This document shows, one piece after another, positions 9,833 to 23,655 of a stretch of 64,000 nucleotides of DNA. Made by a program: the position numbers and the translations under genes. The stretch is from Felis catus. Lineage: Eukaryota. The notes below the pieces were generated by a model. The model did no database searches and was not told the DNA's origin. It saw only the letters and a program-made list of their open reading frames with translations. Every line of letters starts with the position of its first letter. Position 1 is the stretch's first letter. The stretch covers positions 57,042,001 to 57,106,000 of the forward strand of contig NC_058368.1 in NCBI RefSeq assembly GCF_018350175.1. The letters run 5' to 3'.

Positions 9833-12800
9833 CTCTCCCAAGTGCATGTCCACATGGTTAAGTTACCTTATTTGAGATTAATTCTGGCCCAAGACTTGAT
9901 TTGGCAAAACCCAGATATCTTCCATGGCAATCAAGGCCCAGGTACTAATGCATTCCATGATGATGATCTCTTAACTCAAGAGAACCTTGTTATACTAACC
10001 TGCCAATGTCTTTTCTCTGAACTCAAATATCAATGTTAGATATTCCAACAACACTGATCTTCTCAAAGTAAGAATTAAGAAACTTGATTCTCTTTTTCCT
10101 CAGAAAGTAAGATCATTATTGCTCTTTGTTTCAAGTAATTTACTCTTCCTGTTTAATACTATGTATTTTCCACATTAATAGATACCAGGCAAAATCAAAT
10201 ATAATTCACAATAGTTGTGTATATTCCATATGTAACTATGCCATCCTTATTAACAAATTTCCTTATATAGGTTATTTACTGTGAAATGTTTTATTAATAT
10301 TTTTGTAAACATATTTGTAAATCTTCATTTGTTCTGTGAATATTTCATTAGAATAAATTCCCTTTGCTGGAATTACTGAAAGAATATTTTTTGGGTTTTT
10401 ATAAAAGTAGTCAATTATTTTATATAAGATAAATTTATATTCATTTCAACAGTGTGTTAGAATGTCCACCCTTCATATGTTTAACAAGATTGCTTTAACA
10501 TTTTTAATGGCAAAATAATCTCACATTTTAATTTCATAGATTACTTGTAATTAAGACCTTGTGCTCTTTTCCCACATATCTTTATGTGATATTTAGAAGG
10601 TCCCATTGGATATTGCAAATGAGCCAACATAGCAATTTAGCAAATTCCATGTTCCCTAATCTGGTCCCTGTGGTAATTTATTATTGAGACTTCTGATGTC
10701 CAAATGACACCACTGCTTTCGTTATGTGGCCAAGGAGTGATTTCTCTAACTGCTCATCTTAAAGATGCTTGTGTATGCTAAGATTTTTATTTGTTTCCTG
10801 CCACATTTAAAGCTCCATGTTATGTTCTACACAAATGTGAGGAAATTGGTTCTACTTCCTTCTAAATGTAATTGTGCTGTATTATATACTATTGTCATTC
10901 TGTCCACCTCTGAGATATTTTCCTCATAAAAGTCCCTTGCGTTCTGATTCCACTGTGTCTGGATGAGCACTTTATCTGTTCATTAACACAGTGACCCCCA
11001 GCCACTCTCTTTTGAGGCCACTCGGAAATGTCCAAACCATCCAAATTCTAGCCATATCAGCCTGTAAACACTCTCTATTATGCATGGGACTTCCCCTCCC
11101 CTCCCCCACCATGGGGCATTTGTGGCTCCTATAACATACCATGAGGCCAATTCCCTAAATATACCAGAAATCAGATACTTTGTGGAATCCTTCAACTAGA
11201 AACAGTAAAGCCATCAACTCTCTATATTCATGGTGAAATTTTGTGATTCAAGGGTTTATTCACATAGGTCCATTATGCTCATGGTCTGCCTGAATTTATA
11301 TGGAACATTTTGTTTGAATTGCATCTTTTCCTGTAGCTTTTACAGAAGCTGTGAGAACTCTGTGACTCAGAATTATGTTTAATAATCAAACTGCACAGAG
11401 GCAGGCTTTAGTAGGACTCCTACTTTTCTGCTTACAAGATGACAGAAGCCATGTGAGGAGAGAAATATTACCTATGCCTGGAGGCTTATAGCAAAATCTT
11501 AGCCTTGTTATTATTATTTTTTTAAAGTCCTGGTTCTTGTATACAGTGATGAATTAAGATAAAATGATTTGTGTTTTTCCACTTAAAAAAATTGCTGAGG
11601 GCAAAGTCTTCTCTCTTTAATACTACTCAACAACTCTTAATTGAAAAGTTTTACCTCCTTTGAAAACAGTAGGGAAATAACTTTGATTGACCTTTCTGAT
11701 GAGGACATTATTGAAAATTCCTATCATCTGATGTTCTTTTTTTCCCCACCTACTTCTCACTGACCTTTATTGAATAATTCTGAATTAGATTTAAATTTCC
11801 TTTGGTCTTTGTGATATTTACTATTGAAATACCATTTGCTTTGTGGATCATTTTTAAGAGGTTCCCTTATGCACATAGCATTACTATAAATGAAGCACAG
11901 ATACTTTATGAAGTCTTTCTTCTCTGCTCTTTTTATCCTCTCAGCCACCATTTCCTTTCCACATATACTCTAATTCTGAAACATACTGACTTGTATTATA
12001 AACAATGAATATCTTAATGTTTTAGTAAAAGTAATGATCTAATTATTTTAATAGAGGACTATAAGATGACCTAATGCTCATAAGGCCAATCTAATGAGCA
12101 AAAGTTTACATGGATTTTTTTTCCTACAAATAGAATTAGTTTTTAGTGCAATGCAATGTAACAAAGACATTTTGAACACATAATGTCTGCAAGTCCTTGT
12201 GCTAGGTATAGGAGAAAGAAAAAAGTATCTGTGATATTTCTACACTCAGAAAGTTAGAGATTAGTGCATTAGTATGTTAGGATATATAGTCTAGGTGGCT
12301 ATAGAATCATATATGTTTTTCATAACAATGAGGTAGGTGGGTAGGCCAGTGTAGGCTGGCAGTTTTGAACCACTAGATCATCCAGGGCGTATGGCTCTTA
12401 CCTCTGTGCCTCATCTCCCTCAACTAGCTCTATTATCTGCATCGTCAAACTTGGTTGACCAGTGCTAAGTCCAAGTCCTGTCTCATGGGAAGGAGAAACA
12501 ATTTAAAGGAGACCCAAGCATAATTTTTTAAGTGAAAGACTTATCCTTAAAACAGTTGGCAAGGATGTTGTTACAAAACTACCTCTAGCTACAAAAGGGA
12601 AAGGAAGTGACTCTGTGCACCCATTTACTAAATTAAACTAAGAGACAATACTAGTAATGAAAAAAATAATATTAGAAACTGGAGAACTATTAGCAGTACA
12701 AACGTGCTTTTATAGAAATAAATAAAATATTAACATAACTGAAGTACTATAATAGAGAAGTGTGAATACAGGAGCATGAGCTACTACTTTTGGAGTTGGG

Positions 12801-13879
12801 TAGTTGGGAATATTTCATGCATCCTTTTTGAACTGGTTCTTAATATTTGACTTTACCTTCACTATATGTAGATTGAGGGAAAGGACTTTCAAATAGCGGC
12901 ATCAATATGGTCAAAAGTAGGGATGAGAATGTGTGGGAAATATTAAGGAAGAGAGTAACGTAGTTTGTTAAGAAAGAGAATGAAGTTTTGAGATTTGAAA
13001 AGAGAAACTGTATAGAATACAGGGATTTAGAGTTTATTCCTTAGAATGAAAAGGTAGGTTCTGTGCAAGAATATACTTATTTTAGAGATGTATTTTTGGA
13101 GTAATAGGTCTAGAGAAGGAGGGTAAAAACAGAACCATTTAGAATGCCACAACAATATTCATGGTGACAGATAATCGAGACTTGAGTCTGTGATATTTGA
13201 AAGTAGGTGTAATGCTTTGATTTGTACTTTTATGTTTTACTCACTAATAGCAGGTTATTAAATATTTTAATGCTACTGTGGACATATCTACAATTACTAA
13301 CACTTTAACTTGTTACCAGTATGATTCTCTCTTGATTGCTTTGTTTTAAACGTCTACAAAATTGTTTTCAGATATACCAGTAAGAAAGATAACCTACATT
13401 ACCCTACAGTTAATTTTTTAATGTTACTATAATTTGACTTAGTGATTCATATGCATGCTCAGTTTCCTGCCAATTCTTCCAATATTATTATTCATCATAT
13501 TTCTGGCATTCAGCAAATAAACAAAATAGATGCTAATTTTAGACACATAACAAAGATAAATGACTTGACTTTCAAATGCTATTCTTATTACATGGAAATT
13601 TACAATCAGGAAAAGAGAAGGCATATACTACTCATGAAACATTGACTCAGAATGCCTGCAATGATTCCACAATAGTGACTTTGAAAGTGTCTGTCAAATA
13701 CCGTTAGAAAAACAGTAGTTTAACCACTAGTTTTGGGTTTTCTCTGCATTCTTCAGAATAGGGTATATATATTCTTTATTTTTCCAGTACTGTTATGGGG
13801 GAATGGGAAGGAAATAGCATGAAGAACTTTCCATAAGGTGGGGTCCAGTCCTAATTTGTCTACACTCAAGCTGTGTCTC

Positions 13880-14290
13880 TGCATTCCAGTTATCTAATGT
13901 ACCATTACAAACCACCCAAAAATGTAGTGGCTGAAAACCAAAACAATAATTTGCCTTGCTCACAAATCTGCAATTCAGGCTGGGCTTGGTGGGGGAAGCT
14001 CATCTCTGTTTTATATATTGTCACCTGGGATGGACTGACCACTGCTTAAGGATCCAGCTGAAGGTGGCTGACAAGCTAATGCTAGCCATCAACTGGGACC
14101 CTCAGTTTTTGTCTATGTGGGCCTGTTCACTGATTGCTTGGGCATTTTCCAAGAGCAAATATTCTAAGAGGCAGAAAGGGGAGGACCGTTTCTGAAGAAT
14201 TAGGCCAGGAAACTGGTACAGATCATTTCTGCCAAAATCTATTGGTCGAAGTCATCTCAGAGCCAAAATTGATTCAGAGAGAGAGAACAG
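13880..14290 (-). mobile_element. Old MaLR LTR (MLT1 family)
   Basis: cagttatct..acaaaccacccaaaa..tagtggct..gctcacaaatctgcaatt..ggctgggc, a typical reverse-strand MLT1 pattern. Confidence 0.7.
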
Positions 14291-16554
14291 TCAGTGGTGT
14301 GCTAGTAAACTGTCTCTCAACAACAACAACAAAACCCAAAACAAAACAATTGTGTTTATAGTACTTACCAATTTCTCTGGTGTAATTAGAGTTATCAATA
14401 TTATGTCCCTAAACACAGAATTGGAAAGAAATGAGGAAAACCTATCCTTGTGAGCTGTTACAAGCCGGTTCCAGCCCACCACTTTATACATCCAACCTCT
14501 CAGTGACAGATAATGTGTGGCCACAGTTAACCAGCCACACTTTGGGAATAACAATGAAACTGTATGAATTACTTCGTAAGATAGGAATGGTGTCTGCATT
14601 GTCTCACAAATTTGTGTTCAGCACAATGATAGGTTGTAATTGAAAACACTTGGAAATTTAATGTGTAACAGCTTCATTATTAGAAGCTATCTTACAACTT
14701 CATCCTTAGTAAGGGTGATGTTTCTCCAGTAGATAACATGATGTGTTACTTCACCATCTGATTTTTCATACTAAAAATGTATAATGAACACTGGGAAACT
14801 GCTTTATATTGTTATAGCTTATATTCTGGTGAAAATAGTATATTTTATTTATAATATATTTAATAGAATTAATATATTTAATATGTTATATTAAATATAA
14901 TATAATAATTTAGTATATTTTATTTAGACAGTTCTAAAAACTGTGTGTGTTTCAAATATAGGAACACTATTTGTATCTGAATAAATCTCCAGATTTTAGT
15001 CCTCTTTGAAATATTAGTTAGAGGAGGGTCAGAATCCAGGTCTCCTAATTTACACAGTACAGCTCCTTCCACTCAAATACACTGATAAAACTGGCCTCTG
15101 ATCACAAAGAACAACTAGGGGCAATGAGAAACATTTTATTTCAGTGTGGTATTAAAAAAAAAAAAGAAAAGAAAAAAGGAAGACTTTTCTATAGATTGAT
15201 CTATATTTCTATGTTGGAAGATCAAGTTGATAATTAATACTGACCTTGTTTCACAAATGGCATTTTGTTCTGAAGTATTTAAAAATCAGTTTATTTCAAA
15301 ATATTTTATGTGTTCATTTTAAACCCACTATCCTAAGATGTTACAAAAATATGTAATCTCGTATTTATTTCTGAGCTTTCAAGAAAAATCTCTCATGAGT
15401 TACATTTCATAAATATATTCCTAACATTAGAGACATTGATTTTAGTACAGATCTTTGTCATTCATTTCAATTGAATTTCTTCATCTAAGAAAGTATTTTA
15501 GCAATTATTTCAAAACTAAAGATGAAGTTGAAATGCTGGACCTTGAAATTAGTCTTTCTTGCCTAGATTTTAAAGAATGAACTACTATTCTATGCTATTT
15601 TATCATTCATCTATCTATGCAGGAAGTGTTCTGCAATTTAATTGTTCTTTTTAAAGGTTAAGATTTTCTATATTTATAAGATACAACAATATGACATTTG
15701 TACCCAAAAATTTCAATTTAACTTAGAAGTCTAAGAAGTTAAAAAATAAAACCATGACAGAAATGCTTAGGGATTGAGACAATATTTTCAAATTGAATTG
15801 GTGTTTATATTAACTTTTTCATTGCTAGAAAATTTAACTGTACAGACTTTCTCTTCTACAAGTAAATATTTTGGAAAATTGTATATAAATGTTGACTAAA
15901 ATACATGTTTCCTCTTAAAACTACTTCTAAATGATAAATATCATGAAACAATTAAAAATGAATGATGCTTATATATATATATCACTATGGATTGATTTCA
16001 AAAACAATGTGAATGACAAAAAAATGCTTCACAATGATATACAGTATGATATATTTTCTGTACAAATTAACACAATGTTTACATATTATTATTGAATGTG
16101 TATCTATTAAATTCATCCCAAATTAGTTGTTTTGACACATTAGTGGGCCAAGGACTCTTCAAGGATCTGGAGATACAGAGAAACTTCCTGCCTTCAGGAT
16201 GTTTACATTGTGATGGGAGGAGACAGTAAATAAGTGTTATCCATTAAACACATTGTACTTTAAGCTGATAAATGCAATGGAGAAAAGAAAGATGGGAAGA
16301 TAGGATATATTGTGTACTGGAAGTGAGGACTCCCTAGGAAGGTATAATCTGAACAAGGACAAGTAAGGGGTGAAACACTGAGCTTTACAGGTACTAAGAG
16401 TAAGAGGACATTGAGAATAAATGCAAAGGACCTGAGAAGGGGACATGCCTGCTGTCATGGGGAAAAGTAAAAGGGGGAAGATACAAAGCTAGAGCTGAGT
16501 AAATAAGGGGTCCAGTAGTAGGAGATGTGGCCCAAAAGAAAACTGGAATAGAGA

Positions 16555-16985
16555 CTTGTCTTGGGCTTGGGTCTCCAGAAGCAAACCCTGAGAGTATACA
16601 TACATACAAACGATTTATTGTGGAAGTGTTCTCCAGAAAGAACCTGATAAAAGAAGAGTGCAGTAAAAAAACGGAAGGTGAAGGAGCAAAGCAAGACTGT
16701 GATCTTGCAGGGGAATTCTGGAGTACAAATTAGCCCCCAGATCTGATCTCAGCTGCAATCAACACGGCTGGGGTTTCTCACACCAGCACAAGTTAGTCCT
16801 CAAACCCAAGGCTGCTTGAAGGAATATAAATTCCATGGACGCTCAGCTCTGAGGGCACAATGACAGCAGTTGCTCAGGTCAGTCTTCGGAAAAAACTTGC
16901 AGTCTTGTGCTGTTAGAAGAGGGAGTGACAAGGCACAGATGGGGGTTCTAGTGTACATGCACAAAACATGCATAATGTACCTACG
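16555..16985 (-). mobile_element. ERVL-class solo LTR (LTR16/LTR33-like)
   Basis: tgtcttgggcttgggtctccagaagcaaaccctgaga...tttattgtggaagtgttctc resembles the reverse end of LTR16-family elements. Confidence 0.55.
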
Positions 16986-17117
16986 GAGCTAAAAATTACA
17001 TAGCACTTCGTCAATCTTGTAAAGGCTTTGAATTTACTATAAGCAAGATAAGAAGCCACCAAAGGATTTTGAGCTAAGGTAACGTGATCTGACCATTATT
17101 TTAAAGGAAATTGACCA

Positions 17118-17284
17118 GGGGCACCTGGGTGGCTTAGTCGGTTGTGCCTCTGACTCTTGATTTCAGCTCAGGTCATGATCTCACAAGATTGAGCCCCACA
17201 CTAGGCTCCACTGCTTAAGATTCTCTCTCTTCCTCTCTTTCCGCCCCTCTCCCACTTGCACTTTCGTTCTCTGTCTCAAAAAAA
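17118..17284 (+). mobile_element. CanSINE, older and internally deleted
   Basis: ggggcacctgggtggcttagtcggtt..cttgatttcagctcaggtcatgatctc. Confidence 0.9.
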
Positions 17285-19400
17285 TGTACTTACTTTAATT
17301 AAAAACAAAGCAAAACTTGAAGGGAATGTACTATAATAAGAACAAAGGCAGGGGCAGAGAAAGTAGTGAGGAAGTCCAAGCCTTCAACCTATTTTGGTGG
17401 CTTGGACCAAAATGTTAATAATATCAGAAGTATTAAGAAATGTTTGCATTCTGGTTAATTTTGAAGGTAAAGCAAAGAAGATTACTACATAGACTTGAAT
17501 AATGTTGCGGTGGGGAGGCAGTTTAGGAGAACTCTAAGGGATCTGGTGTGAACAACTAGAAATAAGGAATTCGTGAAAACTAATATAACAGGGAAGAATT
17601 TGGGGAGGGGGAGAGAGAGCATATTAAGGGCTCAATTTTTGGTATTTTACTGTTGAAATATCTATTAGACATTCAAATGATGCTATCAATAGGCCTTTAA
17701 ATAATTGAGTCAATTTTGGGAGAGAGATTCTGACTGAAGATACACATTTGTAATTCTTCAGAGTATGGAAATAGAGCACGAGATTTAATGAAATTTCTGA
17801 GTGAGTGCAGGTAAGCCAAAAATAAAATACATCAGGAATAAACACTTGGAGTACTCCAAGATATATATGCAGAGATGAGAAAGAAAGGAAATTCAGAAGC
17901 AGTGGTCAGGGAAGTAGGCTCCAAACCATGGAAGATACTTGGAGGAAAAGGGAACAAAGGGCTTCCCCAGAGAGAGTGAGTCAGCAATTATTTCAGATGG
18001 TGCTGTGGCTCAGGAGGAGAATGAAGAAATGACACTTATGTTTAGCAACTGAGAAATCACTTATGGTCTTGGCACCTTGGCTAAAGATATGATGTAATGA
18101 TAGTGGCAAAAGCCTGACAGGAGTTTGAGAAAGGGAAGAAGGGAAGTTAAGTCAGAGGGTGAATATATGAAGTGAAGAAGTTTTGCTGAAATGGAAGGGG
18201 GAGAAGTAGGGAAAAATTAATGAAGAAATGAAATTGAGGGAAATCCTATCTTTTGTTCAATATGAGGATAATAGGAACATGGTTTTATACTGTAACTATA
18301 GATTTAGTAGCAAGAGAAAAAAATGCTTACAAGAGAGGAAGGGAGAAATAAGAAATACTGGAGCAATTGCTTGAAGCAGCACTGACGATATGGAATTGGA
18401 TGTGTAAGTAAAAGTGTTAAATCTAGAAAGGAGTCTGGCAGTTCATTAATGGTAATTTGAGAGAACATAAGATACAGCACATGGACACAGTTAGGGGGTA
18501 TATAATTACTAGAGCTTATGGATATTCTCTTCTGTATTCTTCAATTCTGTTGGGGAAATGCAAAGCAGGGATATTAGTTGAGTGTACATATAGGCAGGAA
18601 ATGTTAAATACTTGAAGTCAGAAAAAATGCAAAATAGTCATCTTTCACTGCGAGAAGGGATGGATTGGAGAAATAAAGTGTGATGGTGGAGTAGCACTGA
18701 GTGTTCAACTGAAATCGTTGATCGTGGATTTACACGGGAAGATTCAGCAAGATCGGTTTTCTTTTAGACAAATTAGGCAAGTTGAGTGTTATAGTTCCAG
18801 GCCAGGGAAGCAGCTTTGGCAACGGAGAGTAAAAAAAATAAGAGCATTGAAAGGAATGAGGATGTCTGCAAGAGAATGATTACAATGATTGATCATAGAA
18901 TTGAATCAGGTTATGGGGAAAAAGAAGATATGAGTATTATGAGACGGTAAATAGATGGAAGTATTAATTGATTGTAGATTATGGTGGGCTAGAAGGATTG
19001 TTGTAATTGCAGTAGTACAGTTAGTGAGCTGGAAAATAGAAGGTGTTAATCAGATACTGACGTTCTTGCAACTGAGATTAGTTTAAGGAGGAGGTGGCTG
19101 TTACTGATCATGAAAAGATCTAGAGAATAAACCTGTAATCGAACGTCTGAAGAAGAGTGGAGTACAAGATCATTTGACACGTGAACATACCAAGGTGAGA
19201 GGCAACGTGTATATAATTGCCAACATGGCAAAAACTATGTTTTATACTTTGTTGGATTCCCAATGTCTAGACCATTGTCAGCCACATATTAGGCACCAGG
19301 GAAATATTTATTAAATAAATAGAATGAATGATTTAAAAAAATGTTAATATGCCAACTTAAAGTATTTTGAATGACTTCACACGTTTGATTCTACAAGTGG

Positions 19401-19732
19401 TGTTTTAGTCTCTTCATGCTGCTGTAACAAAATAGCACAGACTACGTGGCTTATAAAAAACCAGATTGCTCACCATTCTGAGAGCTGGCAGTAGGAGTTC
19501 AGAGGGCCAGCATGTTCAGGTGAGGGCCCCCAGCAGGGTCCCAGACTTCTGTCCTCATTTGATAGAAGGGGCAAAGGAGCTCTGTAGGGCCTCTTTTAGT
19601 AAAGGCATTAATGTCATTCATGAAGGCTCCACACTTATGACTTAATTACCTCCCAAAGGCCTCATCTCCTAATACCATTGCAAGGGGCATAGGATTTCAG
19701 TGTAAATTGGAGGTTGTACAACAATCCATAGC
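19401..19732 (-). mobile_element. MaLR solo LTR (MLT1A-like)
   Basis: Reverse complement of the same family as 495-860 (gctgctgtaacaaaata, ttatgacttaattacctcccaaaggcc). Confidence 0.8.
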
Positions 19733-20597
19733 AGGTGTGAGGCAAGGGAATCAAACTGAAGTGTTAACTTTACAAGTGATATTTCCTTAACTCATAATTT
19801 ATAAAAAGCACATATACTATTTTGTTGTTCTTGTTTGAGATACATGTGTGTTACACTATTCTCTGGACATTTTTATACATTTCGCATTCAAAAGACGAAT
19901 CACATTTAAAGCAAGGAGAGAAATAGAATGCAACACGTATAAAACAGTGATAATTGAATTCTGTATATATAAGTGGTAGAGAACTATATTTCTACAAGAA
20001 TAAATTTAGATTTTTATAAAATAAGACACATATAATTAGATTCATGGTGAAATGTGGCAATGAAAATTTTGAACCTAAAAACTGGAAGAATTAGCATCCA
20101 AAAAGAGGACTTTTCCCAGCGTGACCGCAGAGTAATATCAAAATCTTAGAGGGCAGGCAGGTACTGTAAGAAGGACTGCATTGATTAGCCAGTAGCTTAA
20201 TTATTTAAAGGAGAGTTTCATTATCAAACTGTAGCAGAAAATGTGAAAAGATTAAAAAAAATTGAAAAGGAACTTCAAATTGCCAAAGTAGGTTAAAGGG
20301 AGGGGTTAATGAAAAACTTTTTAACTCATTCTATGATTATACGCTGACCAGGCAACTGTAACAAAAAGGGAAAAAAATACTTTTATATATAAGGACATGT
20401 ATTTTTATATCATAGATTCAGTATCATTAAATAAAATCCTGCTTCCATCAGGAGACATTGCAATGATTTGAAATAATTACAAACTGAGTTTCTACCCTAA
20501 GACCTGTTGTTCTAGCTACTCAACACCAGTAAATACATAGACTAGGAAGAGGTTGCTATATGTCTGGAGTGATCTTTAGTATAAAAGAGAAATTGTG

Positions 20598-20711
20598 CGG
20601 GCACCTGGGTGGCTCAGTTGTTGACTCTTGATTTCAGCTCAGGTCATGATCCCAATGTCATGGGATAGAGCCCCGTGTCAAGCTCTGCGCTGAGCATGGA
20701 GCTTGCTTAAG

Positions 20712-20767
<56 letters not shown>

Positions 20768-20824
20768 TGCCCCTCTGCAGTACTCATGCTCTCTCTCTCT
20801 CTCTTTCTAAAAATAAAAATTTTA
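20598..20824 (+). mobile_element. CanSINE with expanded (TC)n
   Basis: TSD aaaagagaaattgtg at 20583-20597 and 20825-20839; ~50-bp TC run. Confidence 0.95.
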
Positions 20825-20869
20825 AAAAGAGAAATTGTGATGCTATTAGAAAATATGGTATAAGGAGAA

Positions 20870-22092
20870 AGCTTAGTTTTCTGGGGATCATTGGGCACTC
20901 CAGTGTCCTGTAGTTAGAGCCCATGTAAAATCCATCAACCCAGTAGAGTCAGAATGTGTAATGACCCAGCCACTTTAGGGATAAAGGTTTTGCTCATTCA
21001 ACCAAGCAAGAATCTACAAGCATCTGAGGTGATTGCTGAAGGTAAAGGCAATACAGACTGGGTGTGGGAAGAGGTGGTGACAAACACCAATTATGAACTC
21101 GTAACTAATCTGCTGAAATGAGGTCTTCAGTAGTTAAGGAATAGTTAACTTATTTCAGTAAGGGATATAGTTTAAACATTTTTCCACAAAATCAACAAGT
21201 GTTAGATATGTTAATAGTAGCTAACCTTCTATCTCAATATTTAGGTTACAGAACATCAAAGAGAAAGTGTGATTCATCCTGAAAAGGACTGAGCATCATC
21301 AGCTAAAGATAAATATAAAGACTTTTTAAATTTGTTTAGGAAGATGGTTAGTGTGTGCATCATGTTAGGAATAAGTAGGACTTTAGAACTTATCTGTGGT
21401 TAATGAAGATGCATGTAGAGTCCGAGATAGCAAGAGAATCTTGATAGTTTTCTATTGTGTTAACTTAGCTGAGCTGAAACAAGATTTCCCAGAATTTCTT
21501 TCCCTCTATGTTCTTGGGCTAAGCTTGGCCATAAGGAAAACATGATGTGTAAGATTTAGAAGGTGGAAGTGAACAACAGCTAGATTGAAGCTCAGGGTGT
21601 CAGTGTAGGATCGGATACAATTATAGCTCATGCACAGTGTCTGAAACTTGCTGACTCACCTTGTTGGCTTGAAACAGTAACTGGGCTTCCACCTCCTCTG
21701 CCATCTGCTAGATCTCCTCCTCCAGATCCACTGGCTCCTGAGCCAGATTTTTGTTTATGCCCTTGACAAATAGCACCAGCCTCTTCTGCAAATCATCCCT
21801 ATCACTCAAGTTGGACAATTCAAGGTGTTGAGAAGCTACCTGGCTTCCAGTTCATCCTCCTGGGTTCTCCACTCATCTATACAAGTTCCAGTTTGCCTTT
21901 GCTCTCTCCAACACCTTATATTTCTGTCTATACTGCATGCCCTTGTTATTTCAGAGCCACCACCAGACACAAAGCAACAACTGTAGCTAAACGGTGTAAC
22001 CCTTTCCCCAATTCCATAAACAAATCCCTGTCATAAATAATTTGGTGCATACCATTCTTAGAGGCCCATCTCTAGTTGATCTGACTCCTACA
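20870..22092 (+). mobile_element. ERVL provirus 3' relic: pol C-terminus plus 3' LTR (LTR52/MLT2-like, ~21440-22092)
   Basis: From 20978 translates GIKVLLIQPSKNLQASEVIAEGKGNTDWVWEE, like ERVL pol GMKVWVTPPGK.PRPAEVLAEGKGN.EWVVEE; LTR-like start tgatagttttctattgtgttaacttagctgagct. Confidence 0.7.
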
Positions 22093-23056
22093 AATACCTA
22101 CAAATTGAGCAGGTTTCTTAATCTCCTTTCTAGGAATCCTCTTTTTTTTTTTTTTTTTTTTAAGAATTTGTCTAGCCATTTCAGGATTTAGTCATTTTAA
22201 CAAAGTGTTTTATTTTGGAGTAGAAGACTTCCCCATTTAACAGATTTTATTAAATTTAGTTTAGGTTAATTACAGAAGAAAAAACCCACAAACCAAGAGA
22301 TTAACAAAATAGATTAATTTTTTTCATGATCAATTGGCAGTTCTGTTTCATAATTTATTTGGTTCTAAATTATTACCTCTTGAAGGCTTCATTTGTATTA
22401 CTTCACATCAAACTTTTATTTACTAACTTGTCAGAATGGTATACATTTTTACAGCTCTTTATATTTTGCAGGGCATTGAATTTATTTCACTCCTGAACAG
22501 AAAATTGCTTTTTTCGCTTTTCTAAAAATTAGCAGACATTTGAAGTACTGTTTTTTTCAGGGTTTACCCAGGCCCCATTTACTACTTTGATGTACTCTAT
22601 ATTCGCACTATATGCTGAGCTGGTAAAATATATTGTAAATTAAATATTAAATATCTTCTCTGCTTTTTCAAATGAAAGGTACAGAAATACATACAATAGT
22701 CTCATTGAGGACTATAAAATGAATTAATATGTGGTGATAATGCCTAAGCTTTTTCACTCTCAAAATTATACTCCCCTTCACTTGTTATAGCCATAAAGTG
22801 GCCTGTTTAAATAAATAAGACCTTGTTTCTTATTACATAGTTTTATATCAATCTCAGTATTTCTTTGTGCTATAGTCTTTAATAATGTTTGTGACTAAGA
22901 GTAAAGACAAATTAAAACTGAAATCCTTTCAAAATATTTAGAAGTAAAATGGGACGGTATCTTAGGATTTGATTCAAAATAATGTGAGGAAAGAAGAAAG
23001 GAAAGTAGATGAAACCATATTAGTCAAGGGTTGATAAATATTGAAACTTCTTCATG

Positions 23057-23655
23057 ATGTTACTCATGGTCAGTCCTATTTAGCTTCAGAAAGGAGGCTG
23101 GTCACCAGGAAGAACAACCTCCCGATTAGTGTGTTGGAACTTGGAGCGAGCCCAAATTCTAGGAAAGGGAGCATGGCTGGAGATTAAATCTGCCCATGTA
23201 TTTGAATTCAATCATACCCAATTAATGAAATCTCAATTTATTCTCTGCACACCAAAACCCAGTGGAACTTCCTTGTTGGTGAACACACTGATGTGCCAGA
23301 AGGGTGACACTCCTTGATTCTGTGAGGAAAGGGCACAGAAGTTCTGCATTCTCTCCCAGGTTACACCCTGTATGTATCCTGTGTGAGAAAACTGTAATTA
23401 TGATACAGTAATTTCCTGGGTTCTCTGAACCATTCTAGCAAATTATTAAACCTGACGGGATTGATCATGGAAACCCCTAAATTTGTAGCCAGTTGGCCAG
23501 AAGTGGGATGGCCCAATCATGCCTTCAAGACTTGCAGCTGGCATCTGAAGTGAGAGCAGTCTTGTAGAGGAGTCTGCCCTTAATCTGTGAGTCTATGCCA
23601 AGTCCCGGCGGTTAGGATCAGAACTGAACTGTAGTACATACAGTTGGTGTCAGAC
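23057..23655 (+). mobile_element. MER21-family LTR
   Basis: ggctggtcaccagg, ttggtgaacacactgatgtgccag, ccattctagcaaattattaaacctga, gacttgcagctggcatctgaagtg; followed by gttggtgtcaga. Confidence 0.8.

Larger units (their letters stand above)
16110..19200 (-). mobile_element. Long L2 relic (~3 kb) interrupted by an LTR and a SINE
   Basis: L2 3' end pattern (ctggagatacag..cctgccttcaggatgtttacatt..gggaggagacag), then purine-rich reverse ORF2 (ttgaaatatctattagacattcaaatg..gctatcaataggc). Confidence 0.7.

Noticed and set aside
13455..13520. Hydrophobic micro-ORF MLSFLPILPILLFIIFLAFSK*
   Set aside because: Hydrophobic peptides are expected from T-rich DNA; no splice or promoter support
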